Notes: generated from the sequence alone by a model not told the origin. DNA of 64,000 nt from Eledone cirrhosa (GCA_964016885.1 OZ024741.1:57164001-57228000); one strand, 5' to 3'; counted from the stretch's first letter, positions 11,001-23,164 are shown. Numbers and translations are program-made.

Positions 11001-11003
<3 letters not shown>
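10558..11003 (+). mobile_element. Mini-PLE palindrome (arms 10558-10688/10780-10910, tail 10911-11003)
   Basis: 131-bp inverted repeat, a hammerhead in each arm, (TA)n on both sides. Confidence 0.9.
10800..10854 (+). ncRNA. Minimal type I hammerhead ribozyme (mirror copy 10614-10668(-) has CCGAAGA)
   Basis: ACTGC-CTGAAGA-GGTCACAGCC gaagat GGCTGTCACC-GAAA-tatata-TA^GCAGT. Confidence 0.88.
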
Positions 11004-11067
<64 letters not shown>

Positions 11068-11070
<3 letters not shown>

Positions 11071-11426
11071 TGAACCCCCAGCATTCGCGGCATCGGTTAA
11101 TCGCGGAATTTTCCTTAGAACCTAACTAATAATTGTTCGTGGAAACCATCACATATTCACGGAATCGTAAATATCTTCCGCAATTTTATTATGGCTTTTT
11201 TCGTGGCTATATTTATATTTTTAACGCTAAATTATTAATAACAATATACCGTATTTGCCGGTCTATTGGACGCCCCTTCGCATAAGACACTCCCTCTTTT
11301 TTTTTTTACGTTATATTTTTACGTTTCTAGGCATTTTTATGGACCACATCCAATATTCGCGGGGTTTTTTCACTTTCGCGGGTGCTCTAGGAACGTAAAC
11401 CCCGCGAATACCGGGGAACAACTGCA
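11068..11426. mobile_element. Tc1/mariner (pogo/Tigger-like) MITE remnants
   Basis: Ends resemble CAGTNGTTCCCCGGTATTCGCGG-type TIRs in TA context; internal TACCGTATTT...ATAAGAC TIR-like piece near 11267. Confidence 0.5.
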
Positions 11427-11749
11427 TATATGTGTGTGAAGCGAAAGGAAATTTTAGGTGAAAGTTGATGTTGGTGTTGTGAAGTGGTATTTGTCCGTTG
11501 TTCAGTGGTTTGCGTTTATTGTGGTGTGGCTGTGTGTTTGTAGTAGTAAACCTTTATCTTGATGAATCTAATGTATAAGGTTGATCTAATGTATAAGGTT
11601 GATCTATCCCATTTGAAGCGCTGTTTGATTTACCCTAGTGAGTGAACAATAAACCATGATCGCTATTAAATAAATTTTATATAGGAATAACCTGCCACCA
11701 TCTTTGTTTTTCTTTTTTTCAGGCCTTTCTAAGACTACATGTGGTCTCG

Positions 11750-13555
11750 AAGAGCAGAAAAGACATTGGTGGCATTCTTAACTCAGAGAGATATTTCATA
11801 GTCGAGGGAGCAATGACAATTTATCGTACTACCGAGGTAGGTAAAGTTGTCAACCTTCAGTTTCTTTTTGTCACCGTAGATAGAAGTTTCCACATAGGCT
11901 GTGCCTGGTGCTGGTTGAAACATGAGAACTGTTTTATCCAAACTGATTGTCAGACCAAAGGCTTTGATTGGCTGGGATAACCTGTCCATAATTCACTGCA
12001 TATCAGCAGCAGTTTCTGAGACGAGGTCGCAGTCATCAGAGTAGAGGAGATCACGGGTTTCTTTCCATGGATTGGAATACGTTACTGTTCCAAGCCTGTC
12101 AAGCATGAGGGCCTGTGTATCTGGGGAATGGAGTTGAGCAACATCAAGACATCTGGGAAGCTCATTTGTCTTACGTGACTGAGCAGAAGACTTAATGGCT
12201 AAGTACATCTTCAATCTAATCAGAGCGTAGTGTGTCCATCATTCTGTATCCAACAAGGAACATACGTTGCAGACATCTTATGGACAATCATATAGTCTAA
12301 CAGGTGCCATTGCTTAGGTCTTGGGTGCATCTATGTTGTTTTACGGTTGTATTTGTGCTGCAAATAAACTGTTTAAATTCGGAGCATAGTTCAAGCAGGA
12401 GTAAAATACCGTTTACATTACCTACACCAAATTGTTCAAGGCCACTCCATGTCTGCCAATCCTTGCCGACACTGACATTGAAGTCGTCAAGAAGGCTATT
12501 CTTGTCCGAATTAGAGACAGATCACAGTAAATTTTGGACATCTTTGTACTCAGAAGGGTGGGTGCATAGATGCTAATTGGGGTAGCGTATCTACCTCCAC
12601 TTAAATGGAGACAGAGTGTCATGGTTCTGTCAGTGATACCATGGGTCAACACCTGCTTCCCTACGATCTTTAATTTTCTTACCTTTCCAGAAAAAGGTTA
12701 AACCCCCAGTAGGTTCTTGGATTTGGCCATCGTCAGCAAACTGAGTTTCTGAAAGGGCAGGTATATCGACAAAATACTTTGGGAGTTCCTCGTGCAGGTG
12801 AAGATCCTTCAGGATTGTCGACGAGGGTCCTTACATTCCAACAGGATATGTTTAGCATTACATTGAATCATTTAGGCATTTTGTTGTTTCAAGTGCATAG
12901 TGGTCATTCACCAGATTGATTGAAGAATCAGGCAATGTTTGGGTCCCATTTTCTAGACCGATCCAGATTTACTGGTGACTTTGTATCTACCAAGAGGCGC
13001 CAGTGTCCAGATTGGTAGCTACGTACCTCCAGCCCATCAGTCAGTATGCGTCACCACCTTCCCATCACCACTGGACTTCAAAAGTCAAAAACACAAGGTG
13101 TTAAGTATCAACAATGCTTGTGCAAGGGTTTTTAGTCAAGTGCAGCTTGCACAACACCACGACTCACTAGCAATACCAAGAAGCTCCGAGACAAGCAAAG
13201 TGCAAGATATCCAGCTCAGCAGAGCAGTGAATTTTATATACGAGTTAGCTTTCTCCAAAAGGAATGCCTTGACAAAACCCAAAGATCCCTCACTCACAGT
13301 GGGCTTACTGCACCCTCGGATACTTACCCAAATATTTCTATGACCCGGCATATGTAAATACTATTGAATGGCCATTGATTCTAATGAGTTCCTTTGCCCT
13401 ATGTCAGGTGTTGTGTTTCAACCCGCAGGGTGTCCAATATCACCATCCTCACCATACAAGCTTGGTGAGGTTGCTGGTTTAGTCGCTGACAACTGAACCA
13501 TGCTACGGTTTGTACTAGATTACATGTTAGCAGTAGTACTTGAGAATGGCCTAAC
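11750..13555 (-). mobile_element. Decayed, internally deleted RTE-clade LINE retaining its 5' UTR
   Basis: APE start CWNVRTL (~12845), SIYAPTL, RT LLYSDD, FGLTISLDKT, FTYLGS; multiple stops and frameshifts. Confidence 0.8.
13474..13551 (-). ncRNA. Degenerate HDV-like ribozyme candidate at the RTE 5' end
   Basis: P1 GGCCAT/ATGGTT, P2 CTAGT/ACCAG, P4 hairpin, CTAA joiner; homologous to 14379-14455 and 21512-21589. Confidence 0.4.
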
Positions 13556-14378
13556 ATACACACATACATACATGGATATATACATGGATACATACATACA
13601 TACATGCATACATACATGGATCCATACATACATGCATACATGCGTACAAGGATCAATACATACATACATACATACATTCATGTATGCATACATACATGAT
13701 GGCTACAGCTCTATTTTGAGTAATGCTATCACTTGACACTTAAGCATGAGCAGCACAGATGTGGCTTTTTAGTCCTGCTAGGGACTTGCACACTCTTGCA
13801 CAGATACTGCAACAATGGGGGCCTCTCACAGTAGGTTTTACTGTCCTGTTTTGGTAATACCTACTACGAGATTACATGTTAGCAGTAGCATTTAAAAATG
13901 ACCTGACATACATACATACATACATGTATACATACATACATTCATACATATATAATGATGGCTGCAATTCAATTTAGAGTAATACCTTGATACTTAACGC
14001 TTAATACTTAAGCATGAGCATCACGGACGTGGCTTTTTAGTCCTGCTAGGGACTTGCCTATGGCCAGCAATGCCATGCATCCTAAAAAATGTCACATAGC
14101 AAGCGATGCCTGTGTTTGAAGTTTTTTTAAGTGAGGAAAGGCTTTGCATGGAGCCAATCCCACTCTCGGAACATGAAATGCATTTACCCAAAAAGAAGAA
14201 CTGATCTACATTATTGGATGCAAATGAAGTCGCAGGTTTTATATCAGAGTGACCTTCTCCTAGAGAGATGTCTTAATGAAGACTAGGAGTCTCTCACTCC
14301 ACCCTTTGACAGGTTTTGTTTTTCATCCTGGAGGGTGACCAAAATCCCCCTCCTCACCAAGCTTGCTTGGTGGAGTTG

Positions 14379-14455
14379 CCAGTTTAGTTGCTGACGACCC
14401 GACCATGCACAGGATGTACTGGATTAAATGTTACCAGTAGTGCTGAAGAGCGACC
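14379..14455 (-). ncRNA. Degenerate HDV-like ribozyme candidate (within RTE 5'-UTR fragment ~14235-14460)
   Basis: Order P1(GGTCG)-J1/2-P2(CCAGT)-P3/L3 with CC-P1'(ATGGTC)-GG-P4-CTAA-P2'(ACTGG). Confidence 0.5.
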
Positions 14456-14889
14456 TGACATATATACATACATGCAAACATTTATACTTACACACATGCA
14501 TACATACATATTCATTTAAAAGTGTGTATCATCATAGAGTGTATGATAAAATCAATAGCACACCTTTGATGTGATCAACACACAAGAGAAGTTCTTTATT
14601 GATCAATAAATAGAAAGTATTTGAAATTGATTAAATCCTAATAACAGTTCAGATCTCTGACAATATTTAGTAGACATTTTATCTTGTACTGTGTTCTAAA
14701 ATTATCTCTTTAACTGGCTTTGATTTCATGATTTCAAGTTGAACCATATCTAATCAGCATTTCTCATGGGACTCCTGATTCATCATTGTTTGATATATAT
14801 CTGCAAATTATAAAAATTGATCAGGTCAAGATCAACTTACAGGATAAAGTGAAAGTGCTGGCAATAAGGAAGTCAGGACCAGCTATGCA

Positions 14890-16580
14890 TACACTATAGT
14901 ATCCAAATTCAACAAATTCCCAGAGCTAACTGAAAAGCTATTTCAACTTGGCAGTTTCTGCTGCAGCTGTTGAATGTTGCAAATGAAAGTGGCTTGGTGT
15001 GGCACTGAGAGGCAGGAGGACCCCCTGGTTCAATCAGGAGGTTAAAGATGCCATCCAAGCAAAGAAGGAGGTTTACAAACTTGGCTTTGATATAAGTCTT
15101 CCTTCTTGCACTCAAGGTAGCAGAGACAGAAAAGGCATCCAAGATTAATACATGGGAAGACTTTGGAGTTAATCTGGAATCCAACTTTAGATCAGCAAAT
15201 AGATTATTCTGGAAGATCATCTGCTGACTTCGTAACAAATAGTTCCTCTCCATGCCTTTTAACAGGAACTCACCTAGAGTGCTTCTCTCTGAAGAGAAGT
15301 GCATCCTTGAGAGGGGAAGAGAATATTTTGCTGATCTCCTAAATCTGATCACAATATCTTCTAATGTACATGAGTTACATCTAGGGGCAAAGACTAACCT
15401 CTCGGAGGTTGAGGTCACAAGAGCAATTAAAGAGCTCACATGTGGCAAGGCTTCTGAGGAAAATGAAATTTGGCCAGAGATGTTAAAAATCTTAAATACA
15501 GAACGTATTCTCTGGCTGTCTCATGTGTGCCAAGTGGCTGTATCTCTGAAAAAGCACCAAAACAATGGAGTATTAATTTCAATTTCCAAAAAGGGAAACA
15601 AGAGAAATTTATCTAATTATAGAGGAATCTTCTCCCTGATAAAGTCTATGCTAAGTGCCTGGCAAAGTGATAGAAAGATGTTGCCAAGTCCAAACTAGCT
15701 GACACACAGTTGGTTTTGCCCTGGACACAGCAGACAAAATATTCACATTGCGACATGTCTTTGAGAAATCATGGAATATTAACAAGAGGTGAATGTTTGT
15801 TTCCCAGACCACGAAAAGGCATATAACTACATTCAACAGGACTTGTTGTGGGAGGTTCTGCAGGAGTATGGGATTGATGAACAGCTTTTTGTTGTCTTTA
15901 AGTCCCTATATAAAAACCTTTGTATTTGTGATCAGATCAATGGTGCTCAGCCAAAATCATTCAATATGGGTATCAGGTTCCACCAGGAGTGTGTACTGTC
16001 ACTTCTCCTGCTCATAATCTCCATGAGCAGGATTAACATGTGCAGCCAGTTTAGAAGTGGTATCAGCTCCAGTGAGTGTAGGATCAATCAGCTGAAATTT
16101 GCAGACATGGTGCTACATAACTCATCAGAAAGGGATTCCGACATGAGCTAGATAGGTTTGTTGGTGAGTGCTACATAGCAGGAATGAAAATCAGTGCTGC
16201 AAAGACTGGGGCACTCATCCTCTCAGGGAGGTATGCTTAATGCACTCTGCATGCGAGTGGAGTTCCACTGAAGCAGATCGAGAAGTTTAAGTATCTCAGG
16301 GCCTTTTCATGGGAAATTAAATGCAAGAATTGCAGGGGCTGATGCAGTAATGTGCCAGCTTCATCAAATTGGTCATCAGAGGAAGGGAGGTAGGTGTAAA
16401 AGCCAAACTTGCTATCTTCAATTCAAGGTTTGTCCCAACCCTTACCTATGGTCATGAATCTTGTGTAATGACAGTAAGAATATGATCATAAATACAAGTG
16501 GCTGAAATGGGTTCCTCCAAAGTGTCTTTGGAGTAACGTTACTTGATGGGGTGTGCAGCTTGAAGATCAAAGAATCACTC
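14890..16580 (+). mobile_element. Decayed RTE-clade LINE RT region (Rex3/Expander-like)
   Basis: PWFNQEVK, GKA...IWPEMLK, NYRGI, CFPDHEKAY, QECVLSLLL, LKFAD, FKYL, PTLTYGHES across frames. Confidence 0.82.
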
Positions 16581-17189
16581 ATTAATCCCACGCATTATTC
16601 AAAAACCCTGTATGTTCAAGACTCTTATATAAAAGTGGTTATATACATTCCTGTTTTTGAGGAGGTATAACATCAGGTTCTCTGGAGGTTGGAAAAATCA
16701 GGAAAAGTGCGACACCGTTTGGGAGTTTTCTTCCTTAGATTATGTGATGTGGTTTCATGTGAAATAGGATTTTAGGAGTTTTACAGTTTAAAAAGATTTT
16801 TAGATAAAAATGATATTTTCCAACCGCACCACGTGTGTTCAAAACCCCAATATTTAAAACTGCATCAGATGTGAACCCATTATGGTGTACTTATTATTTG
16901 GCATTCATTTATTATTTATATTATACTAAATCTTAGTTGTTCTTGATGCATATCACTATTTGCTTTGCAGTCTTCGCAAAGACCACAAAGCAAATAGTGA
17001 CCCAGTCACAGGACCACTAACAGAGCCAGTCGGTGGAGCCAACATTGCTAGTAACTAGAGACTTTCCTACTCCCTCTCCCTCATCATATGCCCCATAACT
17101 GAAATGTCCCCAGACATATGTGACAGCATGGAGGACCACGTCATCAGAATCAACGAATACAACTGGGGACCTGACTGGCGGTACAAGAG

Positions 17190-18940
17190 GTAGTACGAAT
17201 GTGGTGTCCCTATACCCTTCCATCGATGTTGATTTTGCTGTGGAAAAATGTGTGGGGATAATCAGTGAGAGTGATGTAGAGTTCTGTGGGATTGACACAA
17301 GTAACCTGAGCTCCTACTTAGACTTACACAGGATAAGAATTATTTAGGTACACACGATCTTAGCAGCCTCTGCCCTACAAGGCCAGAGAGTGGCAGACCA
17401 CCTACTATTACCTCAATGGCCAAGAAGACTAACACAGAAAGATGGAGCAGGTGGACCAAAGCCATAAGAACCCCCGAAAACCACAACCAAGTAAAGAAAA
17501 TTATTGCTCATGCAGTTGGGGGCCAGCATAAAACTAATCCTTAAGTTCAATGGCAAAACATATACTCAAAAGGAGGGGGCGGCCATTGGCGTCAGCATTG
17601 TGGGTGACATAGCTAACCTCTTTATGGTATAGTGGGACAGAAGACTTAAGATGAGAACTCTATAACCCTGACTATGTACTCCTGCTATGTAGATGACATC
17701 AACATCACAGTGAAAACACCCTCGCAGGAGAATGGTCAGGAATTAGAGCGGAACACCATGGAAAGCATCCAGCAAATAGCTAACTCAATCCACCAGAGTA
17801 TTAAAGTTACCGTAGACTACCCAACTAAACACCCCAACCATAAATTACCTGTACTAGACACAGAACTCTGATTAGAAATTCGCAGTATCGGTAGAGAGTC
17901 AGACACCATGCTTTGAAGCATAGAGTTACGTCCCTTTATGATCTGAGTTCAAATCCCGCCAAGGTTAACTTTGCCTTTCATCCTTACGGGGATCGATAAA
18001 ATAAAGTACCAGTAATACACTGGGTAATTGCTGGCCTTGTGCCAAAAAGTAGAAACAATTAATAATAAAAGACAAATCCTCCATTTGCATTTTGCCAAAC
18101 CCATAACCTCCAAGTACCGAAACACAGCCGTTTCAGATAACATGAAAGTTAACATACTAATTGCAGATTTAGTAAGAATGATGAGGAATGTGTCTCGCAT
18201 GTGCAATCCTAAAGAATTAGAGAGACACATATAACCCTTCATCCACGGCATGCAATTCTCTGGCTACAATCAGAGAGACAGGATCAGGGTGTATAAAAGA
18301 GCCATGGCTAAATGGATGAAAGTTGTAGAAAATGATGTGAATGGGACTTGCTCCATATATAGGAGCAAATTTTGGAATAGGATAAGCCATGCTAGCGTGG
18401 AAGATAGACGTTAAATGAAAAACGATAGAGAGATCTAAGAAGAAGACTAATAAAACCAACTCATGGTGTGACAGCAATAAATACCAGAGTGCAATGTTTG
18501 TCAATGCAACCCCTAAAAGCAAACTAGCTTATAGATTTAAAAGGGCTCTAGACAAACAAAATTTAAATATTATCATAGTTAAAATACCAAGTATTCCCAT
18601 AAAGACCCTAATTAGTAGAACATATCCTTTTGAAAAAAAAAACCCCTGCACTGATAGGAAATACATAGTCTGCAAATTAAGTCCACAAATTAACTGCAAA
18701 ACTAGGAACGTAGTACATAAGATGTACTGAGAGACAGTGTAGGAATAAGAACACACACACACCCAGATATAACGCATGCACAACCCAAATACACAGTACA
18801 CAACACACAAAAACAAGATGGTGTAGGACAGAACAAAGGAGAGACACAAAATAACAAATTAGTCACTGCAAAGGTCACAGAATGTATGACGAAAGAGCTT
18901 TGACAATAAATAAATCATCCGGTTATTAAACCAACCAACC
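17190..18940 (+). mobile_element. Decayed Penelope-like element PLE4 (different clade), interrupted by a SINE
   Basis: SLYPSID, FNGKTYTQKEGAAIG, YVDDI, DYP..HP..KLPVLD, SGY, Cys linker + RNVVH; degenerate hammerhead at 18862-18904. Confidence 0.75.
17882..18062 (+). mobile_element. tRNA-derived SINE family A
   Basis: B-box GAGTTCAAATCC, central GCCTTTCATCCTTACGGGGTCGATAAAATAAAGTACCAG-like domain. Confidence 0.85.
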
Positions 18941-19344
18941 ACTAATTTGAATATCAAAACAACAAACAGCGAAGGACGCGTTCCGGACTTGTCCGACAGA
19001 CAACCTTTTCCCCCACCCCGGAAAAAACCCCAGTTGATGGATGTGAATCCGAAATATATAGGGACTATTAAATCTCTCCCAAGGTAACTCTCTCTCTTGT
19101 GTTGTTATTTTTATTTTATCCTTTATACTCTTCCCTTCATTCTACACATCTCACACATCTTATACACACCACGCATCTCAACGTACACCCACTTACATCT
19201 CTCTCTCCACCACCGGACCTTGTTACCCGGAGATTTACCCATTTGCATTGTCGAGGCTTCCAAACGACTTAAAGATATTTACTTATTGTTTCACAATGCT
19301 TCAAGCAAACTTCAATACTCTCTTATATATATAGTCCATTGACA

Positions 19345-19933
19345 GTTTCAAATACTTGGGGGTAATCATTTCAGATGAGGGATCTAAACCTCAAGTACTC
19401 GCTAGATCTGCCCAGACCACAGCAGCACTTACAAAACTTAGGACCATCTGGAATGACAAAAATATAGCCCTCAGCTCAAAGATCAGACTGATGCGCTCTC
19501 AGGTCATGTTCATATTCTTGTATGCCTGTGAGTTTTAACAAATATAGCAGATCTGGAAAGAAGAATACAGGCTGTGGTTGATGAGATGCTTCAGAAAGCT
19601 CCTACAGAGACTACATCTCCAATGAGGTGTGGAACAGAATTTGGCAAGCCCTACGAAGATCTGCTGACCATTGTAAAAAAATGCAAATTGAGATAGTATG
19701 GGCACGTGACAAGATCTTCAGGGCTTGCGAAGACTGTCCTGCAGGGAACAGTACAAGAAGGGAGGAAGAGAGGCAGACAGAGAAAGAGATGGGAGAACAA
19801 CATCCCGGAATGGACAGGCACAAGGCTGGGTGCAACCATGAGGAATGCGGAGGGGTGAGAGGAATAAAAGGAGCTGGTTGCCAGGTCATCTGTGGCGCCC
19901 CAAGGGTCCACCAGACTACGTGATAGATGAGAT
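19345..19933 (+). mobile_element. RTE LINE 3' fragment
   Basis: FKYLGVII, KIRLMRS.V..IFLYACE, W.GHV, GRQ; ends at a short repeat before (TA)n. Confidence 0.8.
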
Positions 19934-19935
19934 GG

Positions 19936-19967
<32 letters not shown>

Positions 19968-19968
<1 letters not shown>

Positions 19969-20265
19969 GTGTGTTGAGAGAGAAACTGTGTCTGAGAGGG
20001 ATAGAATGTAGTGTATGGGAGAGGAGACTGAGGTGGTATGGACATGTGATGCGCATAGAGGATGACCGATGGGTGAAGAAGTGCCAGGAAATGCCAGTTG
20101 AAGGAAGACGTAGTAGAGGTGGTGAGAACAGACCTCAGATCGCTAAAGCTCACGGGGGAGATGACGAAGGATCGTGACAAGTGGAGAGATGCTGTGCTGA
20201 ATAAGACCCGTCCCACCCTTGCAAGCAGGGAAGAGCGGACGTAAAATGATGATGATGATGATGAT
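19968..20265 (+). mobile_element. RTE LINE 3' end with (GAT)n tail
   Basis: RRLRWYGHVMR motif; reverse complement of 20403-20662. Confidence 0.85.
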
Positions 20266-20266
20266 A

Positions 20267-20400
20267 TTAGAAAGTGAGGTTTTTTTACAAAATGAAAAAT
20301 AACCGAGGTGTCCTACACGAGTGAAAGTATAAAGAAAAAAAGATGAAATCGAAAAATAAGACTCCAGTTGCATTTTCGATTTCATCTTTTTTTCTTTATA
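20267..20400 (-). mobile_element. Very short mini-PLE-like hairpin (arms 20328-20355/20373-20400, tail 20267-20327)
   Basis: 28-bp perfect inverted repeat plus one-sided extension, TA remnants at both ends; no ribozyme retained. Confidence 0.55.
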
Positions 20401-20402
20401 TA

Positions 20403-20662
20403 TCATCATCATCATCATTTTACGTCCGCTTTTCCCTGCTTGCAAGGGTGGGACGGGTCTTATTCAGCACAGCATCTCTCCACTTGTCACGGTCCCTCGT
20501 CATCTCCACCGTGAGCTTCAATGATCTGAGGTCTGTTCTCACCACCTCCGCCCATGTTTTTCGTGGTCTACCTCTACCACGTCTTCCTTCAACTGGCATT
20601 TCCTGGCACTTCTTCACCCATCGGTCATCCTCCATGCGCATCACATGTCCATACCACCTCAG
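20403..20662 (-). mobile_element. RTE LINE 3' end with (GAT)n tail
   Basis: LRWYGHVMR...GRRGRGRPRKTW...DRDKWR. Confidence 0.88.
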
Positions 20663-21511
20663 TGAAGTAATTCCGTCGGAAAGGTCCAGGAAAAAAGAGT
20701 GCTCTATGTGAATTACAGAGCTTATTAGTTATGTAATAAACAACATAAGATAATTATTTCATTTACCAGTGGTTTCTTGAAAGCAACCAAAATTGCTTTC
20801 ATTCATCAGAATGAAAAAAATCCAGGTGTCTTTATTGACAGTGGATTTGAAAAACAAAAATGTAACAGATATGAAAGTGAGGCTGGAGGAAAAAAAAAGG
20901 GGGGGGGGGGGGGAATAATAAATAAGAATATATAACAACACACACGTACACACTCACGCACACACACTCACATATATACATATATGGTGGCTGCCAACTC
21001 GTTTTCGAGTACGGCCACTACTTTATATCCATGTAGGAGAACCCCTACTAATGCGCTGAACGAGTGTGACTTTTTAGTCCAGCCAGCAACTTGAAAACTC
21101 TGGTACAAACACTACACTTGTGACAATTATTGACACATAGTGCTGGGCCCATGGTACCATGTGACGACAAGTGAAGGGAGATCTCCAGATATAAAGCAAT
21201 GCCTGTGCCGTGAAGCTTTTATAGTGAGCAAAGGCACTGCACAAAGCCAGTCCCACTCTCTTAACCAAGATGATATTTACCAAAAAGAAGAACAAGTCAA
21301 CATTATTTGATACCATCAGGGTTGCAGGTGTTATATCAGAGTTTTCCTTCTCCTAGGATTCTGCCTTGACAAAGGCTAAGGGGTCATCTCTCCAGGTGAT
21401 TTTGTATGGCCATTGACTCTTAAGAGCTCCTTTGCCCTTTGACAGGTTTTGTTTTTAGTCCTGCAGGATGTCCAAAGTCACCCTCCTCACCAAGAAACCT
21501 TGGTGGAGTTG

Positions 21512-21589
21512 CCAGTTTAGTCGCCAACGACCCGACCATGAGACAGGTTGTATTGGGATACATGTTACCAGTAGCACCAGCTGGTGACC
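21512..21589 (-). ncRNA. Degenerate HDV-like ribozyme candidate (RTE 5'-UTR fragment ~21320-21593)
   Basis: Homolog of 14379-14455; P4 GTCG ttgg CGAC, CTAA-ACTGG. Confidence 0.42.
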
Positions 21590-21671
21590 TGACATATACA
21601 TATATATATACATATATACACGCATATATACACAGACACATATACACACACATACATATATATATATATAT

Positions 21672-21935
21672 ATGATGTGTTGTTTCCTTGAGCAAGACAC
21701 TTTATTTCACATTGCTCCAGTTTACTCAGCTGTAGAAATGAGATGATAGGGACTGGGGTCCATATCATTCCACTGCAAAGTGGTCGTGGAGGTGCCACGG
21801 TAAAAAAGCACCCAGCACTCACTGTAAATGAGGTTGGTGTTAGGAAGGGCATCCAGCTGTAGAAATCAAGCCAGAATCAGTTCCTGTCCCACCCTTGCAA
21901 GCAGGGAAAAGCGGACGTAAAATGATGATGATGAT
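21672..21935 (+). mobile_element. SINE family B (CORE-like centre, RTE-derived 3' tail), 5'-truncated; near-identical copy at 22549-22853
   Basis: TCCTTGAGCAAGACACTT domain; 3' end matches the RTE ends at 20210-20265. Confidence 0.85.
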
Positions 21936-22096
21936 ATATCTAAGAGGTGAGTTTTATTGTAGTACAATAAAACAATGCAGATATCGGATAAGAAGCACTC
22001 TACAGTTTGTAGGACTGGAGTATAAATAATATATAAGATGTTGATTTAAAACTGCACTATTCACAAGTGTGTTTTAACCTTCATATCATGTCTCCC

Positions 22097-22167
22097 TATT
22101 TTATCTGACGAAAACGCAAATGTTATTGCATGATGATATTTGTTTTTGAAATGCGCATAATAAAATA
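22097..22167 (+). ncRNA. Minimal type I hammerhead ribozyme (in mini-element ~21938-22205 with tail on the left)
   Basis: TATTTTAT-CTGACGA-long stem II-GAAA-tgcgca-TA^ATAAAATA; palindromic stem III. Confidence 0.88.
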
Positions 22168-22240
22168 CATGGAACTCTTTTAACCATCTTTTGATCTTAT
22201 ATATATATAACACAACAGGAGGAAAAAAAAAAATATAACA

Positions 22241-22280
22241 CCACTGACGATCTTGCAGATGTGCAACGAAAGATTTATGT
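22241..22280 (+). ncRNA. Degenerate hammerhead motif in mini-element ~22209-22470
   Basis: CTGACGA-tcTTGCA gatg TGCAAc-GAAA; stems I/III eroded; homolog of 33171-33212. Confidence 0.5.
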
Positions 22281-22468
22281 AAATTATGTAAACTATATAT
22301 ATGTGTTTGTGTCTATAGTGTATCTGTATTATTTTTGACCGTCGGTCAGTCAATGGCAACATTGAGGACCGAGTAAGTTAGATCGCAGATATAAAAGACA
22401 GCGAGAAGCGAAAACCAACCAAACAGTGAGTGTGTTCTGTTATTAATTCTGGCAATATTACGCAAGTA

Positions 22469-22550
<82 letters not shown>

Positions 22551-22920
22551 CGAAAGGTTGTGAGTTCAATTCTCAGACCGGGTGATGTGTTGTTTCCTTG
22601 AGCAAGACACTTTATTTCACATTGCTCCAGTTTACTCAGCTGTAGAAATGAGATGATAGGGACTGGGGTCCATATCATTCCACTGCAAAGTGGTCGTGGA
22701 GGTGCCACGGCAAAAAAGCACCCAGCACTCACTGTAAATGAGGTTGGTGTTAGGAAGGGCATCCAGCTGTAGAAATCAAGCCAGCATCAGTTCCCGTCCT
22801 ACCCTTGCAAGCAGGGAAAAAGTGGACGTAAAATGAAATGATGATGATGATGATATATATATATATATCCATACATAAACACACCAACACACACATATAT
22901 ATATATATTTCTTGAGGAAA

Positions 22921-22995
22921 TTGCCTTGTCCGACGAACGAATGAGGACGTTTTTTCGTATTCGTCTTATTCGGGAAACCTCTGGTAATGAGGTAA
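22921..22995 (+). ncRNA. Type I hammerhead, CCGACGA (U4C) core, in mini-element ~22908-23094
   Basis: TTGCCTTGT-CCGACGA-aCGAATGAGGACG..CGTCTTATTCGg-GAAA-CC tct GG-TA^ATGAGGTAA. Confidence 0.75.
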
Positions 22996-23091
22996 TTATA
23001 TTGTATTGTTTATAATACATTAAATTTTGCTCTGGTACTTACATAGAGCACTCTTCACTCCTATGACATTTTCAATTTTCAACGGAAACTT

Positions 23092-23160
<69 letters not shown>

Positions 23161-23164
<4 letters not shown>

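Noticed and set aside
19025-19070. TTGATGG...GAAATATATA hammerhead-like remnant (similar remnant near 34060-34110)
   Set aside because: Core and stems too degenerate to support a call
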